NCBI RefSeq assembly: GCF_964213995.1
Contig: NW_027590264.1
Location: 62,001 to 126,000, forward strand
Reading direction: 5' to 3'
DNA from: Mustelus asterias
Taxonomy: Eukaryota
DNA: 64,000 bases
The notes below the pieces were generated by a model. It made no database searches and was not told the DNA's origin. It worked only from the letters and a program-made list of their open reading frames with translations. The translations under genes were made by a program, and so were the position numbers. Below are positions 61,717-64,000 of the stretch, in pieces (positions within the stretch are counted from its first letter, which is position 1; every line of letters begins with the position of its first letter).

Positions 61717-63579
61717 CACACTGCTGCAGAGACAAGCGAACCCTGTACAAAAACCCCGGGCTGGAGTTCCAGTTAGTGATCAGCAGAGGGCGCTGATAAT
61801 CAGAAACATTTATTTCGTCCACAGCGAGAGTCACGTGATCATAAATCAAACATCAAAACACAGCACTCAACAAGAACAGGCGACCTGCAGTTGGTTTTTA
61901 ACTCGCAACTACACTAAATATACGTTCATGATTTGTTTACTCCTTTGATTATATCCCCTTGCCTGTGCGAATTACTATGCAACACTTTCCCCATCTTCAT
62001 CGTCCATCTCAAGGTCCATTGGTCAACATGTCTATTTGGTCAGAGTATTTTGCTAGCTAAGGGACAGTTTATATAACATATACATTTCGCAAGATTCTCA
62101 TTGTGCTATTTAAAACAATCCATGAGAACAAGTTACCATCAATATTCATTCTCATTTTGAATGTCTGTCAATTGCTTTCTGACACAATTCGCAACCCAGT
62201 GTTTCCACATTACAATTGCCAGACCAGCGATTTCACTCACACCCCGGTCTCGAACGATATTGCGATTTTCCTATCAAGCAACACTGATTATATTCCAGTT
62301 TGGGATATTTCTGCTCACTGAAAGGCAGATCTCCACCACTGGGAAACAGGTATATGACGTGAGATGATGCAATGACACTACAGCAGATTAATGAGAGTGC
62401 GGATTAGGACGAGGTTTTTCTTGATTCAACGTCCCTTTTCTAGAGCGGACAGCGACAATGTGGAAAAGCAGCAGCGGGTTTTCTGGGGGTGGGGAGGGAC
62501 AGAGTCAGATAGACAATTGTGGAATAAAACATTTAGTCTCATTTCCCAATCGTGATTTCAACCTAAAGTTTAGCAGAATCCGATATGATTGATTCCCGTT
62601 TGAAGATGAATTTCAGATCTGAGTCTTGGAAATTCTGTCACTTGCTTATTGTCCTCAAACCAAAACAGAAGTAGTTTTTTTTCAAGTTTCACCTATGATG
62701 TTACATGGAGTAATTTTGTTTTATTCTGGCACTCACTAAACCGGATGAGCTGCGCTGACAGGAAGTCTCACTAATCTCCGCAGACAATCACTGAGACAAA
62801 CAACACCAAGAGCACCGTTCAGGCAGCCATACCTGTCTCCATCTCCAGGTGGAGAAATTGGACATTGAAGAGTTGATCAGAAGAAAGACTCATGTCCGGA
62901 GTTTATGATTGAAATCAGTGCTGCCCTCGCACTTTGCATTGTGTCCAGGAAGCTTCTGTCTGTTGGATTAAAAAATAAGATTCCTTAACGTTACAAAGCC
63001 AATGCGCAGAGCGGAGAGGCCAAGCCAATAATCCATCTCCTAATTGCTCCAATAACGAATTCAAGTTCAAGTTGAATCTAATTCATGGACCCAACAAGAG
63101 ATTTTTACAAGATCCAAGCTGCCAGGAAAAGGCATCGCACCTGATCTTGGGCTTGATTTGACGCTTGATCGTAGCCAAAAGACCGAGATGTTTGCCAGGG
63201 TAGTGTAGAATCTTGGGCAGATACAGCCACTATGAGCAGCGGTGCTGTCCGCCGCTGAAACACATTACCAGAGAAAACCACATTAACCTCGGATTAAACG
63301 AGTTTCCAACCATAAACTAGAAAACTGTGACTGCAGAATCCAATCAGACCGGCAGATGAGTCATCAAATCAGTGAACAGGTTAAACCCGGTGCCGTTCAG
63401 TTTCTGATCTGCTGTTAATTCCCCAAACTCAGGGCTACATTTTAATTTGATGACTTTAAGTTTCCTTGGTACTTTGATTTTTGTTCGGGCTGTTCCCCCT
63501 CCTTTTGGGGAGCTGCCCCTTTTACTTTGTCCTGACTTAATTTGAGTTTGTTTATTCGGTTTGACCTAAAAAGAGGCCC

Positions 63580-64000
63580 CAAACTCAGGGCTGGATGTTC
63601 AGATCAGTTCCGGGAGAGATGTTTCTCACCCTCAGAGCCCACCTACTGACGTCTCTCAGACTGCAGATGACATCACACGTCACAATAAGAAGTCTCACAA
63701 CACCAGGTTAAAGTGCAACAGGTTTATTTAGAATCAGGAACTTTCAGAGGGGGGGGGGGGGGTCCTTCATCGGGTGAGTCACAATGCTAGATGATCGGAC
63801 GTCACAACATTTGCTCTGATCTCACAATGCCACCAGTGATGCTCTGACGTTACAACACATGTTGCTCTGATGTCACAATCGCAGACGCTCTGCCGTCACG
63901 ATGCCAGATGCGCTGACGTCACAGTGCGGGATGCTCTGTCGCATGCGCACTCTCCTCCCCCGCGCTATCATTGCTGAAGCTCCCTCACTGCTTCACTTTG
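63580..64000 (+). promoter_or_regulatory. CRE-array promoter of a third subgroup D V predicted just beyond the window
   Basis: Matches 19790-20424 and 48085-48715, including GTCGCATGCGCACTCTCCTCCCCCGC; lacks the HE1 SINE. Confidence 0.75.

Overview
Eukaryotic, not prokaryotic: this is part of the germline variable-segment array of a cartilaginous-fish (shark-like) T-cell receptor alpha/delta locus. The taxon call rests on abundant HE1/V-SINE-type SINEs, CR1 LINEs and Penelope-like tails. I find about 16 apparently rearrangeable V genes (leader exon, phase-1 intron, V exon, 22-24 bp spacer RSS), 2 open but atypical V ORFs and about 8 V pseudogenes or relics, from at least 10 subgroups, split about evenly between strands. 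No D, J or C segments were seen. The array is built from recent direct and inverted segmental duplications and is interleaved with an intact tRNA-Val(CAC), degenerate tRNAs and a C2H2 zinc-finger gene. Highlights: a V ORF lacking both canonical cysteines and with no leader exon of its own, directly behind a divergent V; an intronless leader-V gene with a perfect RSS; CTCF-like motifs about 25 bp downstream of RSSs; a very short-CDR2 subgroup behind CRE-array promoters with almost purely nonsynonymous divergence; Penelope-borne hammerhead ribozyme motifs; a minisatellite of cryptic 12-RSS-like units; and lesions clustered at RSSs. All coordinates were read by eye, and TRAV versus TRDV cannot be resolved from this window.
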